Source: Paraphysomonas bandaiensis (Eukaryota; Protista; Chrysophyceae). Taken from it: a stretch of 64,000 nucleotides of DNA. Under the pieces are notes generated by a model. The model did no database searches and was not told the DNA's origin. It saw only the letters and a list, made by a program, of their open reading frames with translations. The DNA lies in contig CBFFRP010000563.1 of the NCBI GenBank assembly GCA_965644295.1, positions 2,246-66,245 of the forward strand, in the 5' to 3' direction. Positions 1 through 12,320 of the stretch are shown one piece after another; within the stretch, counting starts at the first letter, position 1; every line of letters begins with the position of its first letter. Made by a program: the position numbers and the translations under genes.

Positions 1-330
1 TAAGTCGTATACAACACGCATTGCATCATGAAATTGATTCAGAGTTACTGTAGATGAAGAGGAAGTAGTATCAACACTCGTGTCAGTTAGATCATCATCT
101 ACCGTAGCTGTTAGTGGAGAAATAGAAAAAGCTTCGAAGCGCTCCTTGGCTTCCTCGATTTCAGCTTCTACGACCATAGGGTCACTCTCAACATCACACC
201 ACAATCCCACAGCACTGGCTCACTGCTCATCACTAAAAGAACTCATCTCATTAATTCCTAAAGCGATATCAGGCACATCCGCAAGCTCCTTTACTTTGAT
301 ACACTCTTCCACACTTTACGTAGTCAACCA
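1..330 (-). pseudogene. Degenerate coding remnant with an in-frame TGA, possibly a DNA transposase C-terminus; runs off the window start
   Basis: The minus strand reads SVEECIKVKELADVPDIALGINEMSSFSDEQ*ASAVGLWCDVESDPMVVEAEIEEAKERF..., protein-like but interrupted. No diagnostic motif is visible. Confidence 0.25.
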
Positions 331-522
331 GATGAAACACGAGAAGACTTCAGTGTCTTAATTGTCATTTCGCAGTCCACCAGGATCGGATGAGGTCTGA
401 ATACACTAATCAGGCATAGTCTTTAGTCTTCTGCTTCCAATAGAATCAACTCAAGTCGCATTGATTAACTTTATAATGAACTTAATGAACTCTTCTTTTG
501 ATTCTTGTAGTCTGGAGATCGG

Positions 523-665
523 CAGTCAGCATCTTATTTTTCGGGAATAAATTGAAGCAAAAATACTCTATGCAACTGTAGTATAACTACGGTTAGAATA
601 CATATTATTGTTGTCTCAATATTAGAGGCATATTTGAACAAAAATATACCAAGGATGCCGATACG
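523..665 (+). repeat. Dispersed ~150-bp MITE-like repeat family A, copy 1
   Basis: The core ttgtctcaatattagaggcatatttgaacaaaaatatac..ggatgccgatac is shared with 50848-50983 (+) and 59592-59742 (-). Confidence 0.85.
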
Positions 666-823
666 TTGTGCATATCGATTTCATCGATTAGTTCATCGTT
701 TATTTCATCGAAAAATCATCGTTTTTTCATTAAAAAGTCACTTTTTTTCACTTTTCACTGAAAAAACAATGATTTTTCGATGAAATAAACGATGAACTAA
801 TCGATGAAATCGATATGCACAAC
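665..823. mobile_element. Palindromic MITE/foldback element
   Basis: ~65-bp inverted arms (gttgtgcatatcgatttcatcgattag... / ...ctaatcgatgaaatcgatatgcacaac) with one mismatch around a ~30-nt loop. No TSD recognised. Confidence 0.7.
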
Positions 824-879
824 CACCTGCTGTGTATGTTTCAATTTCAAACAATTCAAATGCAAATATTGCAATTGAT

Positions 880-2426
880 ATTTATTAATCTTGCACATGT
901 TGATCAGTTCTAGCCTACCATAGCCTTCCATAGCCTTAATGCTTGCATCTTCGATCCTGATTTTGCAATGTAGATGGTGGTTTGGTCATATGAGAGTTAG
1001 GCTTCTTGCTGCTGTAATTGATATCGTGCAGCCCGAGTCTAGAATGCTAAAATCCTGCTTCTCGTGTTCTGTATGTAGGACATGATTGTCTGTGATCATC
1101 CCAGAGAATGCACTGCAGTCATTGTCATCGTTTGGCCCCTCATCGTCATAGTCTTCCAGTCTTAAGTTCGAATCCCGATGACTGTTTCTTGGGTATTTTG
1201 ATGATGTGTTCTTGGAGTGATGCCCTTTCCCTCTTTTGTCGTCGTTTCGTTTGTTTGTGGACTTCTGCAACTGTTGGATGTATTCCCAAGAGTGCTTGCA
1301 CTTAACTTCACGCGACTTTGCACTTGTAGCTCTGGGCTTGTTGAATTTCTTGTGCTTTTGCTTTTTCGATAGACGGGGGTTAAACGGCTGTTTGCCTGTT
1401 GAGCTGTAGTTTGTGCTATCCCGTTTGGTTTCCGTATTTTGTGATAGTAGGGAGCCTACAGTGGAATGCTCGAATGCTCTCAATCTTCTTATAATTATCA
1501 TCGCTTTATAATCATCAATTAGGTTCATTTGAAGGTTGATTGCCAGGTCCTTATAGTTCTGTTTCTCATTTTGAGACCATCCCTTGTGGCCGTTTGAAGC
1601 GAGCTTTAATCGCAATTTTTTGACTTCGTCCAGAAATTGATTGATTGTTTGAGTTTGCTTGATTTTGATTAATTGCAGTTGGCCAATGAGGTCAGTTATC
1701 GTGTCGTTTGAGGTTTTGTCTTTGAAATGCTTTTCGATCTCTGACCATGCCCTTTTTCCATCTCCTTCAGGGACTGTTTCGATAATACCCTCTGCTTCCT
1801 CGTTTTGGCCAATCACCGCGCTGGATATAAGTGACCATAGGTAATTGTTGCCCTCCTCGAAATACTGCATATTTTCGTCGTAGACGTTTTTTATGTATTG
1901 GTAGTCCTCTTCTGTTTCATCCTCTTGACGTATAGGCTCCTCTGGGGCATCGTTTCTTGGGATGTATACTATCTTAGGCTTACGAAACAACCAGGCCCTA
2001 CTTTTCTTCTGCCATTTTGAGAAGTTCTTAGCGTCGAAGGGTGGCATGGAATCCTTCCTCGTGTCCGATGAATCGGAGTTATCGTAACTGTTAGTTTTAG
2101 AACTCATCCGCTGCCAAAATAAGATTTAAAGCTACGAGTCTTGGTATTTTGTAAAGATACACTTGGTATTATTAGAGAAAATGATTGAATGATTAGGCCT
2201 AATAGTAAAATAACAAGACACATTTGAGCAGAGCGTTAGCACCATACATATGTGCGTATCTTGTACAGTCGCGTATCATATATAGTTTGGTAATTATTCA
2301 GTCTATATGGTATTTTATTTTAGATTATACCGTGAATACTACGTCATACTAAGACTACACGTCTACCATTAGTGCGTATCTTTACCAAAGTTCATTTCTA
2401 CTTTTCATTTTCTCATAGTGTCAACA
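880..2426 (-). mobile_element. Degenerate Ty1/Copia LTR retrotransposon: gag plus start of aspartic protease, truncated
   Basis: ORF 986-2107 has PPFDAKNFSKW (gag N-terminus), DGKRAWSEIEKHF..QTINQFLDEVKKL (Copia gag2/UBN2-like) and ILDSGC (protease). After a stop, a protease-like IKAMEGYG continues. Integrase/RT are absent. A candidate LTR begins TGTTGA at 2426 (minus) but has no partner in the window. Confidence 0.8.
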
Positions 2427-2522
2427 CCATAAAGTATTGCACCTTAGCACTTAATAATTAGTAGATAACTACTAGCTACATTCAAAATTGTGCTAATCTC
2501 AACATTTCAATCTTCATATAGT

Positions 2523-5500
2523 TCACACCGCTTGAGAATGGTAGTTTCCATCTGACACCTCCTGAGTCGCCACTGCCACTCTGATCCCCTCCTTCTCCCT
2601 CATCATTCGCATGCCAATAATGCAGCACACAGACAGCACAAGAACGACACAGACACATATCAATGCCACATATAAAGTGGACAAAGAAGTGGACGAAGAT
2701 GAAGACGAAGAGGGGTTACTGGTGGCCCCGGACGTGGACACACATGAGCCCAGCATAGATGGAAGAAATTCGCCACTCTCAGTGCAATAAGCAACCTGGC
2801 CATCAACTAGCACATAGTCATCACCACATACTAAAGTCAATGTGTCTCCGACGAGCATCCCAGAGGCTTCCAGGTAACCGCCTGTGTAGTTAGTGCTATT
2901 CGAAACATCATTAACAGAACAAGTAATCACAACAGTTTCTGAAACGACTCTTTCAGTATCAGCACTCTGAACTGAGTCCACAGTTGCCAAAGCAAAGCTC
3001 TCGTCCCCAGTTGCCAAATAATCAAAGATGCACTCAGATACACACGAACATAGTACTTCTGCGGGGCTTAAATCGGTCACATTTCCGGTGTGTAGTAAAG
3101 CCAGACAATCAGTGTTGGATAACGAGTCTGAGGAGTCACTCAACATGGTAGGGTTGAAATCAGGGCGCTGAAAGGACGAGAAAGGCTGCGATGTCGTATA
3201 ATGGAAGGCGCTATGGGATTCATCCTCTATTGCCCAGGACATCCCAAAGGTATAGTGAATATCGTGGGATGAGGAATTGGACGGCAAGACAGACCCATCT
3301 TTGGCAGTAAAGTCGTCTTCGGGAAGGCCATTGTACACCCCATAGAGTCCCCAAGTTTTGTGCTGCATCGAAGTGTGCACTGAACACTGCACCGCCAATC
3401 CATTTTTCTTGAGAATAACATTCAAAATCATTACTCCTGGAATCGATACAATGACCTCAGCCATTGTTGTCGTATTCATGGTGACTACCAATTCACCGAT
3501 GTCGATAGACGGAATCTGAGCACTAAAGGTGACTGCAGCCCCGTCTATCCGCACCAGCAACTGTGAACCAAGTCGACTAATTTGAACTTGCGTTTCCCAG
3601 ACACCTGATGTTGCATTGGCCCCAGCCAGCGGTAGGCCAACAGCAATCGCTGTAATTTCTGATGCTCCGGATGACCCCACTTCTTCCATTCTGGATTGGA
3701 CAACAATAAAAGTATTGTTATCCGACATATCCCACGCTCCCTGGCCAGTCATGTGAGTGCCAATCATGTAGTGAAAATCGCCCACGCCGTTGAAAATGTA
3801 CTTCATATTATCAACGCTGACGATGTGAGGGTCTCCAAAGGCAAATCCAGGAGTATTAAATTGTGCATCACAGTTACTTTCGATAGGGCGCAAGTACAAA
3901 TACACAGGTAAATAAAACTTTTTCAAGTGATAGTAGGGTAACACATCCCAAACAAAATGTAAGAGTGTCCCAATATAGGCGAAGTACTTGTAATGATATC
4001 TGTCTGCCGTTCCTCCACCAGTTGGGCTTGTGTTTAAATTTCCATTTGCTGAATAGCAACATTGATTGCTAGATCCATCCACACTGGGATTGGCTTGTCG
4101 GTAACAAACTGCACTGCCCTTGTGAAGACTACAGCTTGACCCTTTCCTACAGCCAGGATCCTCCTTCCATAGCTCCCCTCGAATTTGCTGTTCTCGACAA
4201 GGACACCTCCTTAAGTGTCTGAAGTGATAATAGTACTTGTCATGATATTCCTTTGTAACTGTGTACCCCCTAATCTGAACGGTCGCGTCGTCATCTTCAG
4301 GGATGTGATGCAAACGTCGTCCATTGTACTGACTGAATTGGCTGCGACTTTTGCGGGGCGCAGTAATTGCGGGTTCGATATTCTGATGTACTTCCAGGGA
4401 CAACGATGACGAAGTGGACCCGAAAACAAAGCATGACATTTCCGATCTAAGAGCGATGTAGTGCTGTGTGGATGTAGTGCCGCTGTTGCTGTTGTTGAGA
4501 AATACACCATAATTCTCCAAATAAGCTACAGGATCAATATGCGAGTCGCCTTGAACGAGGAGACTGGTTGGCACCAGCTCAAAATACCCCACAAGCTCTA
4601 CTCCACCATTAAAAACTGCTGCCACATCCCCACCTGAAATGGACAACGAGCCCGTATTGGGAAAACTTGACCCCACCAGAGTTGCATCAAATTCAGTTGC
4701 ATGCTCAGCGTCGTCAGCTGACACAAAAACAAGTCGCAAGGCCAACTTATCAGCACCCCATACCCTGTCAGCATCCCAGCTCAGTGATATTAACAATCCT
4801 TCTGCATCGTCAGAAATACATATGGGTGCATCACTTTCGTCACTGGTTACTACTTGAGTAAGAAGCGGTGGGGTCGTTTCTGTATGGGCCGTGTAATAGA
4901 CGGTATTGAAAGACACGGTGGAAGTCTCATCACCACCAGCCTGGTCCATAATATCGATTCGGACGGTGTTGGAGCCCTGGCGCCCCATATAAGGAACATT
5001 ACACACAACTTCCGTGGCGCTGATACGTACAGCTTCGACTGCAACAATATTCTTGTCCTCAGAGGTGGAAAAGTAATTAACGGTGGCGAATGAGCATGTG
5101 ACAAGCGCAGTTTCGCCAAAACAAGCAGCCGATGTCGCACGTATTGTCATAATTTCTCCACCCACAAAATTTCCGATTACTGGGGAAACAAACATTTTGG
5201 CATCGTGAGAGCAATTTCCGCTATTAGAAACGTCTTGCACTGAAGCACTACCCACAGAAAACATAAACACCCCAGCAAGGCCCACATTGGACATGCTATC
5301 GATATCAATTGCATGAGGAACATTAGGGTCTGAGGTGTTGTCACGAGGAGAAAAGAGGGAATGAAACCTCTCTCGATCCCCAGCATCCAAGCCAACAGAG
5401 ACATAATTGTCGCCATAACCACCTATCCACTCGATGGACTCATACAGGAACAGCACAAATGAGTCCACACCGTCCGTGACAAGAACACACTGGAAGGTGT

Positions 5501-6982
5501 CTCGGGGGTCTGCATTCCCTCTCGAACTGAACGGTGGTACATTCACGAAAGTCACAATGAAAGCGTTGGTGGAAGAGTAAGCTGGCGGTACCAAGTGCTC
5601 GATGTGGCCCGCCAGCATGGAGTCCACCTCACTCAGCAATGCACTGTCCTGGCTAGAGCGATACAAAATGGAACAATCGTCGCATCGTGAGATGTCGATA
5701 TCATGCCACAACGGAACGATGAGAGGAACGTCACCAGTCGTGGGTATGGGTCTAGGAGTAAAGTTATTCACGTGTAGCAAGAAAGACAAAAGCCCATTTG
5801 TGCTGATAATGATTTCGGTGTAGTACTCGCCAAAGAATGGAAAATAAAAAGGTAAAAAGACTCTGGTGGTGTCGTCATCTCTCTGCGGTACGGGAGTATC
5901 AATACAATGACCATGTGGAAATAGCAGTGGTGTGGACAAATTGATTCTGTGTGAGCAAGGGGTGGGTGAGAAGGTGGGTTCAAATGTGGGCTCAGATGTT
6001 GGCCCTGCAGTAGGTGCTAGAGAACTGGTGGGCATGGTGCTTAAAGTCGGGAGGAGAGAGGGCCGTGATGACGTCGGAGTGGATGTGGAGGGCGTGTGAG
6101 TCGGATAAGCAGTTGTAGGAGAGGTGGTGGGTGGCAATGATGATGAAAAATTCAATACCAAGGAAGTGAATACCACATATCTCGTGTCCTCATTATAGAC
6201 AAAGTCGTCATCGCCATAACTGTATTCGTAATTATACACATCGTCGTCAAATTGCGCCCAACTGCCATATTCATAATCATCATAGTTGTAGTAGTCATCG
6301 TCATCACTTGCTCTCCGCTGGTTCTTACCGACAAACAAATAGAGGGGCGTGGTGGCAGCACCAAGGGGGGGGGTCTGCAGATCTTCGCATTTGTCATCAT
6401 AGAAGTAGGCCATGCCATTCGCATTGATCCCAACACGGATATTGTAATCGGTGAGGTTGGAGCACTCTTCCCTATCAGTGAAGAAGAGATTGTTAGATGC
6501 ATAGGAAATGGCTTTCCAACCACAGTTCCACGAGAATCGAACGAAAGGCACATTAGACGAGAATGAGGTCTGCAATTGCATGGGATCAGAACTCAGCAAT
6601 AATGTATGCTGATCACATGAACTCCTTTTAACAACAGTAGCTGATATTTCCAGAGGAGAGTACAAATTAGAGACGTATCGCGGAAGTCTACGGGAACCGA
6701 TTCCGCCAGCGTATCCAGAGGAGCTACAATATTATCACCATAATTACGGAGGCAAGTTGTGGCGCACTATCATTTACGATACCTGAATTCTCCGGCAGAA
6801 GAAATCAATGTGCATGCGTCATTTTCACACGACTCCACATCAGCAATCAGTGAGGATGCAAAGTCAGACGTCGGTGATAGCCACAAATCTGGAGAAATCA
6901 GATCAAGATTTGCATTCCCAAACTGGAAGCCAAGTCCAGAAAATAGCAAGATTACAACATAAAATGAATCTATTCTCATCAT
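2523..6982 (-). CDS. Mesh/SUSD2/MUC4-like type I membrane protein: signal peptide, PT-rich linker, NIDO, IPT, AMOP, VWD, Sushi, TM (~1466 aa)
   Basis: Exons 6982-6783 and 6723-2523 are joined in frame by a 59-nt GT-AG intron. NIDO: FYFPFFG..ISTNGLLSF, IVPLWHDID. AMOP: CPC..WKEDPGC..NQCCYSANGNL..GTADR. VWD: FGDPH..YIFNGVGDF, GLYGVYNG..DDF. Sushi: LVCGDDYVL..YCTESGEF. C-terminal hydrophobic TM. Confidence 0.85.
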
Positions 6983-7394
6983 CTTATCACTTTATCTTCT
7001 TTACTCGCATAGTATGTGCATAAAACATAATAATAACATGCATAAGTCAACAACGTGTGCATCAATTTCAGGATTTCAAGATTTCAGGATTTCAAGATTT
7101 CAGGAAATGTCCGTGTATTGTCCCGTTAGTTAAGTATGACTGCATAGTACTGTACGTACAGCACTGCCAGAAGAGTGGAATCATATCGCCAATTTCAGGA
7201 TTCAGAAAGAAAATCCAGGCTTTTTTGATGCATGTTGTTATATTTCAGAGATATAACGAAAAAAGGTCGATTTTTTTGCTGAGTCGATTTATTCCCACAG
7301 ACGGGATTTCAGGATTTCAGGAAATATCCATGTATTATCTCGTTGGTTATGTACTGTATGGTATACAAATCGCTAATTTCTAATTTTTAAATCC

Positions 7395-7760
7395 TATAAA
7401 TCCCCCTCCCCCCCGTTCGTACCCCCCGTCATCGCATTTAACATGTAACCCTTCGAGTCATCTCCCCCGTACCCTACATAGTACCCCCCGGATATAACAC
7501 CCCATACATCTAGGTAAACCCCCCTCCCCCCGTTTACCCCCCCGGATATAATAACCCATACCTTTAAACCCCTCTCCCCCCCGTTCCCATTACTAGTGCC
7601 CCCCGTCATCGTATGTAACCCTTCGAGTCACTTTGTATACCCTCTCCCCCCGTACCCATATCTAGTACCCCCCCGGATATAACACCCCATATACTCTACC
7701 TTTCAACCCCTCTCCCCCCCGTTCCCATTACAGTGTCCCCGGTCATCTGTAACCCTTAAA
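7395..7760. repeat. C-rich imperfect tandem repeat (G-runs on minus strand) in a divergent intergenic region
   Basis: Recurring cccccgtcatcg..tgtaacccttcgagtca and ccccccggatataacaccccata modules, with many C4-C7 runs. Confidence 0.75.
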
Positions 7761-7989
7761 TATCCTTCACTTCCATTCACTTCATTAGATGAAAGTTCAC
7801 CATGAAGTTCAACTGATATCTTTACATACATTTTCATACATTACATACACACCCATACAGTCCATCTTCTCGTCTATATATATACACATATCTCTATATA
7901 TAACACACTTATCCTCTTCATGATATAATCAGTACCTTATACATCAATAGACTCTATCAGTCATCATCTGATAGTGTTATTGAAGGGAA

Positions 7990-9592
7990 ATGGAATCATT
8001 AATTGATGTTCATACGGAAAGATTTCATACAGAGATGATGAATCAGTTGAGCCCTCAGCAACTCCATAAAACTCAAGGTAGTTTGGATATTTATAGTGAT
8101 AATGGACTCTGTATGAGTTGCAGTGAGTTGCTGTGAGTTGCTGTGTGTCTCTTTATATCAACTGCAGGCTATAGTGACATACATACATATACATACATAC
8201 ATACATACATACATGCATACGAGACTATGCATACATACATATGAGTGTATATACATACATATGAGGCTATACATACATGTGTACACATACACGTGAGTGC
8301 ATCTATACATACATATGAGGCTATAGTAACATACATACATGTCTATATACACATACGCGTTTATAGCATCACCTCACGATTTGTATGTAGGGTGTGCTTT
8401 GACAGCTCCAGGGAGTCCTCCGCATCGGCGGTCGTACATCTCTTACTCTAACGCTTCTAGCCCATCAAGCCTTTCTCAGCTATCGTATTCACCAAGTAAC
8501 AAGGACTTCCCTGCATCTCATTCCTCCCATTCCGTCAATTGCATTGAGCTGGAAACAGTGAGGTGTATATCCAGCCGTATGGCTGAGACAATACAGAAAG
8601 CAGAGAGAGACGGATACATTCCTCCCGAAACGTATTCTGTTTTCAACAGAGAGGGGTGTACTCAGGCATATTTTCCTGAGGTAGAATTGCTAATTTTGTT
8701 TCATTCATGTGGATATGTGTATTCTGCCTTTCGTGGCATTTGTTGTCTCACAAACTATTTCTCACTTTCATTTTTTTAGAGTTATGGGAGTGATGCCATT
8801 GAATTTCTTTTCACGATTATTCAAGAGGAAACTCAGATGGAGTACGAATGTGTACTGATTGCTCTCATTTATCTCGAACGACTCTCGATATCCACATATA
8901 ATGATTTTCGCCTGTGTGCACTGAATTGGAGACACGCTCTATTTACTTGTATGCTTTTGGCTAGCAAGATATGGGATGACTTTTCATTGAGTAACGCAGA
9001 ATTCGCAGACGTTTTTACGAACATGCCGCTGGCTCGCCTCAATAAACTGGAAAGTACTGCACTGAATATGCTCCATTTTGATATGATGGTGTTGGAAGAC
9101 GAGTATATGGAGCTCTTTAATTCTATTCACGAAGTTGTGTACATAGCCAAGTACAGAAGGTATAAGAAGGTGGACTATATAAGCGAGGAATTGGTCGAGC
9201 AAACGGCAACTGATATCAGTGGCTTAACTCTACGTACCACCGATGATGTAGACTGCTTGCAGGAATTTTACTGCCATGATAAACCTTCTAACCATCGCGT
9301 AAGGGTCAAACCACTAAATATGACAACACTGGAAACATCACTACATTGTTATATGCCAAGTAAGTACACTGGAGATCCCAAACAACAATCTGAGTCATAC
9401 ACTTCGAAACAAAAGAACCGTCGCAATTCTATCACGAAAGGGGTTGCCAAGATACTAGCAGGTATTGCGTCGCACTTTCGCCCCAGAAAAAAGTCTATTG
9501 GTTCTGTATCTGATGACGGAAAGGTTTATGTGGAGACATCAACTACCGATGTCACGAACACTTCCACCGTGACTTCTTTCGTGCTTTCGTAG
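7990..9592 (+). CDS. Cyclin-Y-like (cyclin N-domain) protein
   Basis: Exons ~7990-8077, 8391-8680 and 8780-9592 splice in frame by GT-AG. ECVLIALIYLERL..NWRHALFTCMLLASKIWDD..LNKLESTALNMLHF matches the cyclin Y/P box pattern. Confidence 0.85.
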
Positions 9593-10149
9593 CCCATAAC
9601 TATTGGAATTCGCTCTCATTTGAGAGAATCGATATCCTCCGTGTTTTTGGTTGCAGTGTATTTTTTATACTACTTTTTTTGAACATATATGACCATATAT
9701 GTTTTGTGTGTGTAATCTACCTTGATATGATATGTTAAATATTGTACTAGCGTGAGCTGGTATTGTTACATTACTTCTTCTTGGCTTTATAGATATTTTG
9801 TTTGTGAATGCGTGAACCATATGTCGTTTGTATGAGACATGTTGCCATTGTGTGATGCTCTTGAGTCCTGTGATGACCACTGGGTAGAAAGTTCCCTCAA
9901 TCTCAAGTAATGGCTTGTTTAGTAATTGTGTTTTTTTTGCTTCAATATTAGGTAGCATATATGTGTTTCGATTGCAGCTGTTATTCCTTATTTTTTTTAG
10001 AATTTTTTATTTGGATTCACTAATAATAATTGGATGACTTAAATCATGAGAACGCTCTGAATAGAAAAGAATGAAGTGAATAAAGAATGTGTTTATTCTC
10101 ACTTTTGTCTAAAAAAGTGTTTATTCAGCTTCTTCAATGTTTGGCTCCA

Positions 10150-10590
10150 ACAGAAACTCTCTTAGTAGTGAAGGTCTTGTTTTTAGCAATGGGCTTAGAA
10201 CTAAACAATTTAACTATTTTGTGCTTAACTCTAATATTCTATTATTTAACACTATTAAAGCTGCTTGTGCGGCACCGCAAACACAAAGGTTCAACCTCTT
10301 GTGCTCTATCACTCAAAGCAATCGCAGTGAGTAAGCAGAATGTTAATATTAAATATACCCGATATCTGCTGACTTCAGGGTTTTTGAGTCCTTAAAGTAA
10401 ACATCCCGGATACTTGACTTCAGCAGGCAGCAATACCCCGGATGCGCTTAAGATGGACCCATTCCCGGATGCCTGCTTATTCGTTATGTCCCAAAGACAC
10501 CTGCACAGACAAGTAAAACTTACTAGTGACCCTTGTACCATTAGGTACTAATCCCAAGGCCACCACGAAAATTTCAATACCTCGTAGTTT
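10150..10590 (-). repeat. Dispersed repeat family B, copy 1 (LTR- or SINE-like)
   Basis: The reverse complement aligns by eye with 57850-58330 and 58722-59190 (ttttcgtggtg, ggtacaaggg, caggcatccggga, cctgctgaagtcaag, gcacaagcagct). Confidence 0.8.
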
Positions 10591-10710
10591 CTATTTTCTC
10601 AGATTTCTTCTGTGGTGGTAATGTATCGTTTTGAAGTGATCTAGAACAATTGTTATTCCCTTGTAGTTTTATATATTCAACTACGGGTAGTAATAAACTT
10701 TTTATAACAC

Positions 10711-11989
10711 TGTAACGCTATGGCGTTAAACCATTATTCCTGTGATTGAGATCTGGCTGATGATATCTATGGTTCGGAGCGAGTTGTGCTTATGTGGGCT
10801 ACATTAGAACGAGTGACAACCTCACTAGTGATATCTATTGTGTATATTATGATTACATGTATGCTTGCATGTACATCACACTGTGTCATTGCACTGCATG
10901 TCATCATGGTATTTATATTGCGTTAGAGCTATGCATGTGTTAACTATATATCACCCACACCACATATATATGACACATTATACATCTTATCTATTATTGC
11001 ACACATACTACTACACTTCACACATTTAACACTGTATGCTGTGTTGGTGTTGATTCTTCTCTAGCTGCAGATAGAAGGAACTAGAGATCAATATAGTGTA
11101 TTCATATTCATCCATACCTTCTGCTATCTCTATATATATTATGCGTATTACCATCTATATCCGTCATTACACTCTTATCATCTTGCATACTGTATGGCAT
11201 ATTGTACACGTGCTTGTGTAAGATCCAAGTCTTGTCATAAGCACGATCTGTATATATACATGCCATGAATATGACGTATGTATGGTATATGTACACATTG
11301 TATCACCTGAGGGTTCATTCATCTTGTTATGAGGCCATTGGTACTCTCTGTGCGTTAAGAGCATCATCATCTTCAGTCTCTTCTTAACTGATGAAAAATA
11401 TATCAGTTTGGACTGTTCATCATGTTTGGAGCCGTGACTTGTCTGATATATTTTTCATCACTTAAGAAGAGACTGAAGATGATGATGCTCTTAACGCACA
11501 GAGAGTACCAATGGCCTCATAACAAGATGAATGAACCCTCAGGTGATACAATGTGTACATATACCATACATACGTCATATTCATGGCATGTATATATACA
11601 GATCGTGCTTATGACAAGACTTGGATCTTACACAAGCACGTGTACAATATGCCATACAGTATGCAAGATGATAAGAGTGTAATGACGGATAAGAGTGTGA
11701 AGTGTAGTAGTATGTGTGCAATAATAGATAAGATGTATAATGTGTCATATATATGTGGTGTGGGTGATATATAGTTAACACATGCATAGCTCTAACGCAA
11801 TATAAATACCATGATGACATGCAGTGCAATGACACAGTGTGATGTACATGCAAGCATACATGTAATCATAATATACACAATAGATATCACTAGTGAGGTT
11901 GTCACTCGTTCTAATGTAGCCCACATAAGCACAACTCGCTCCGAACCATAGAAAGCACAGGAATAATGGTTTAACGCCACAGCGTTACA
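10711..11989. repeat. Long inverted repeat / foldback (arms 10711-11406 and 11443-11989)
   Basis: The arms are near-perfect reverse complements around a ~36-nt loop, with mirror-image ORFs in the track. The left arm has extra ~135-bp and ~20-bp segments. Confidence 0.95.
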
Positions 11990-12320
11990 CTACCTTTTCC
12001 CATCTCTTTTACATAACTGATGAAAAACAATTGTAGCACCGCTGCACAACACAACGAATATATTTTATCATGAAAAGCAACTGAGAGGTATTGAAATTCG
12101 TAAATAAGTGTGACGATGAATTTGAAAACAATGTAGTTGCATGAGGCTTCCTCTTGTTGCTATTATCATCACTTTATTTATATACAACATCACGCTTAAA
12201 TCCTGACTCGAATTCTATAAGTATGATATGAGGCACATAATTCTGATATGCAACCCTAAAAGAGCTGGGTACTGCTGCTCCTATAAATCACCTTTAGCAT
12301 TAGATGTGACATTGAACCTC

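Noticed and set aside
2108-2116. TGGCAGCGG (minus strand) as the Copia primer-binding site
   Set aside because: The adjacent sequence does not end in CA and there is no second LTR to fix the boundary.
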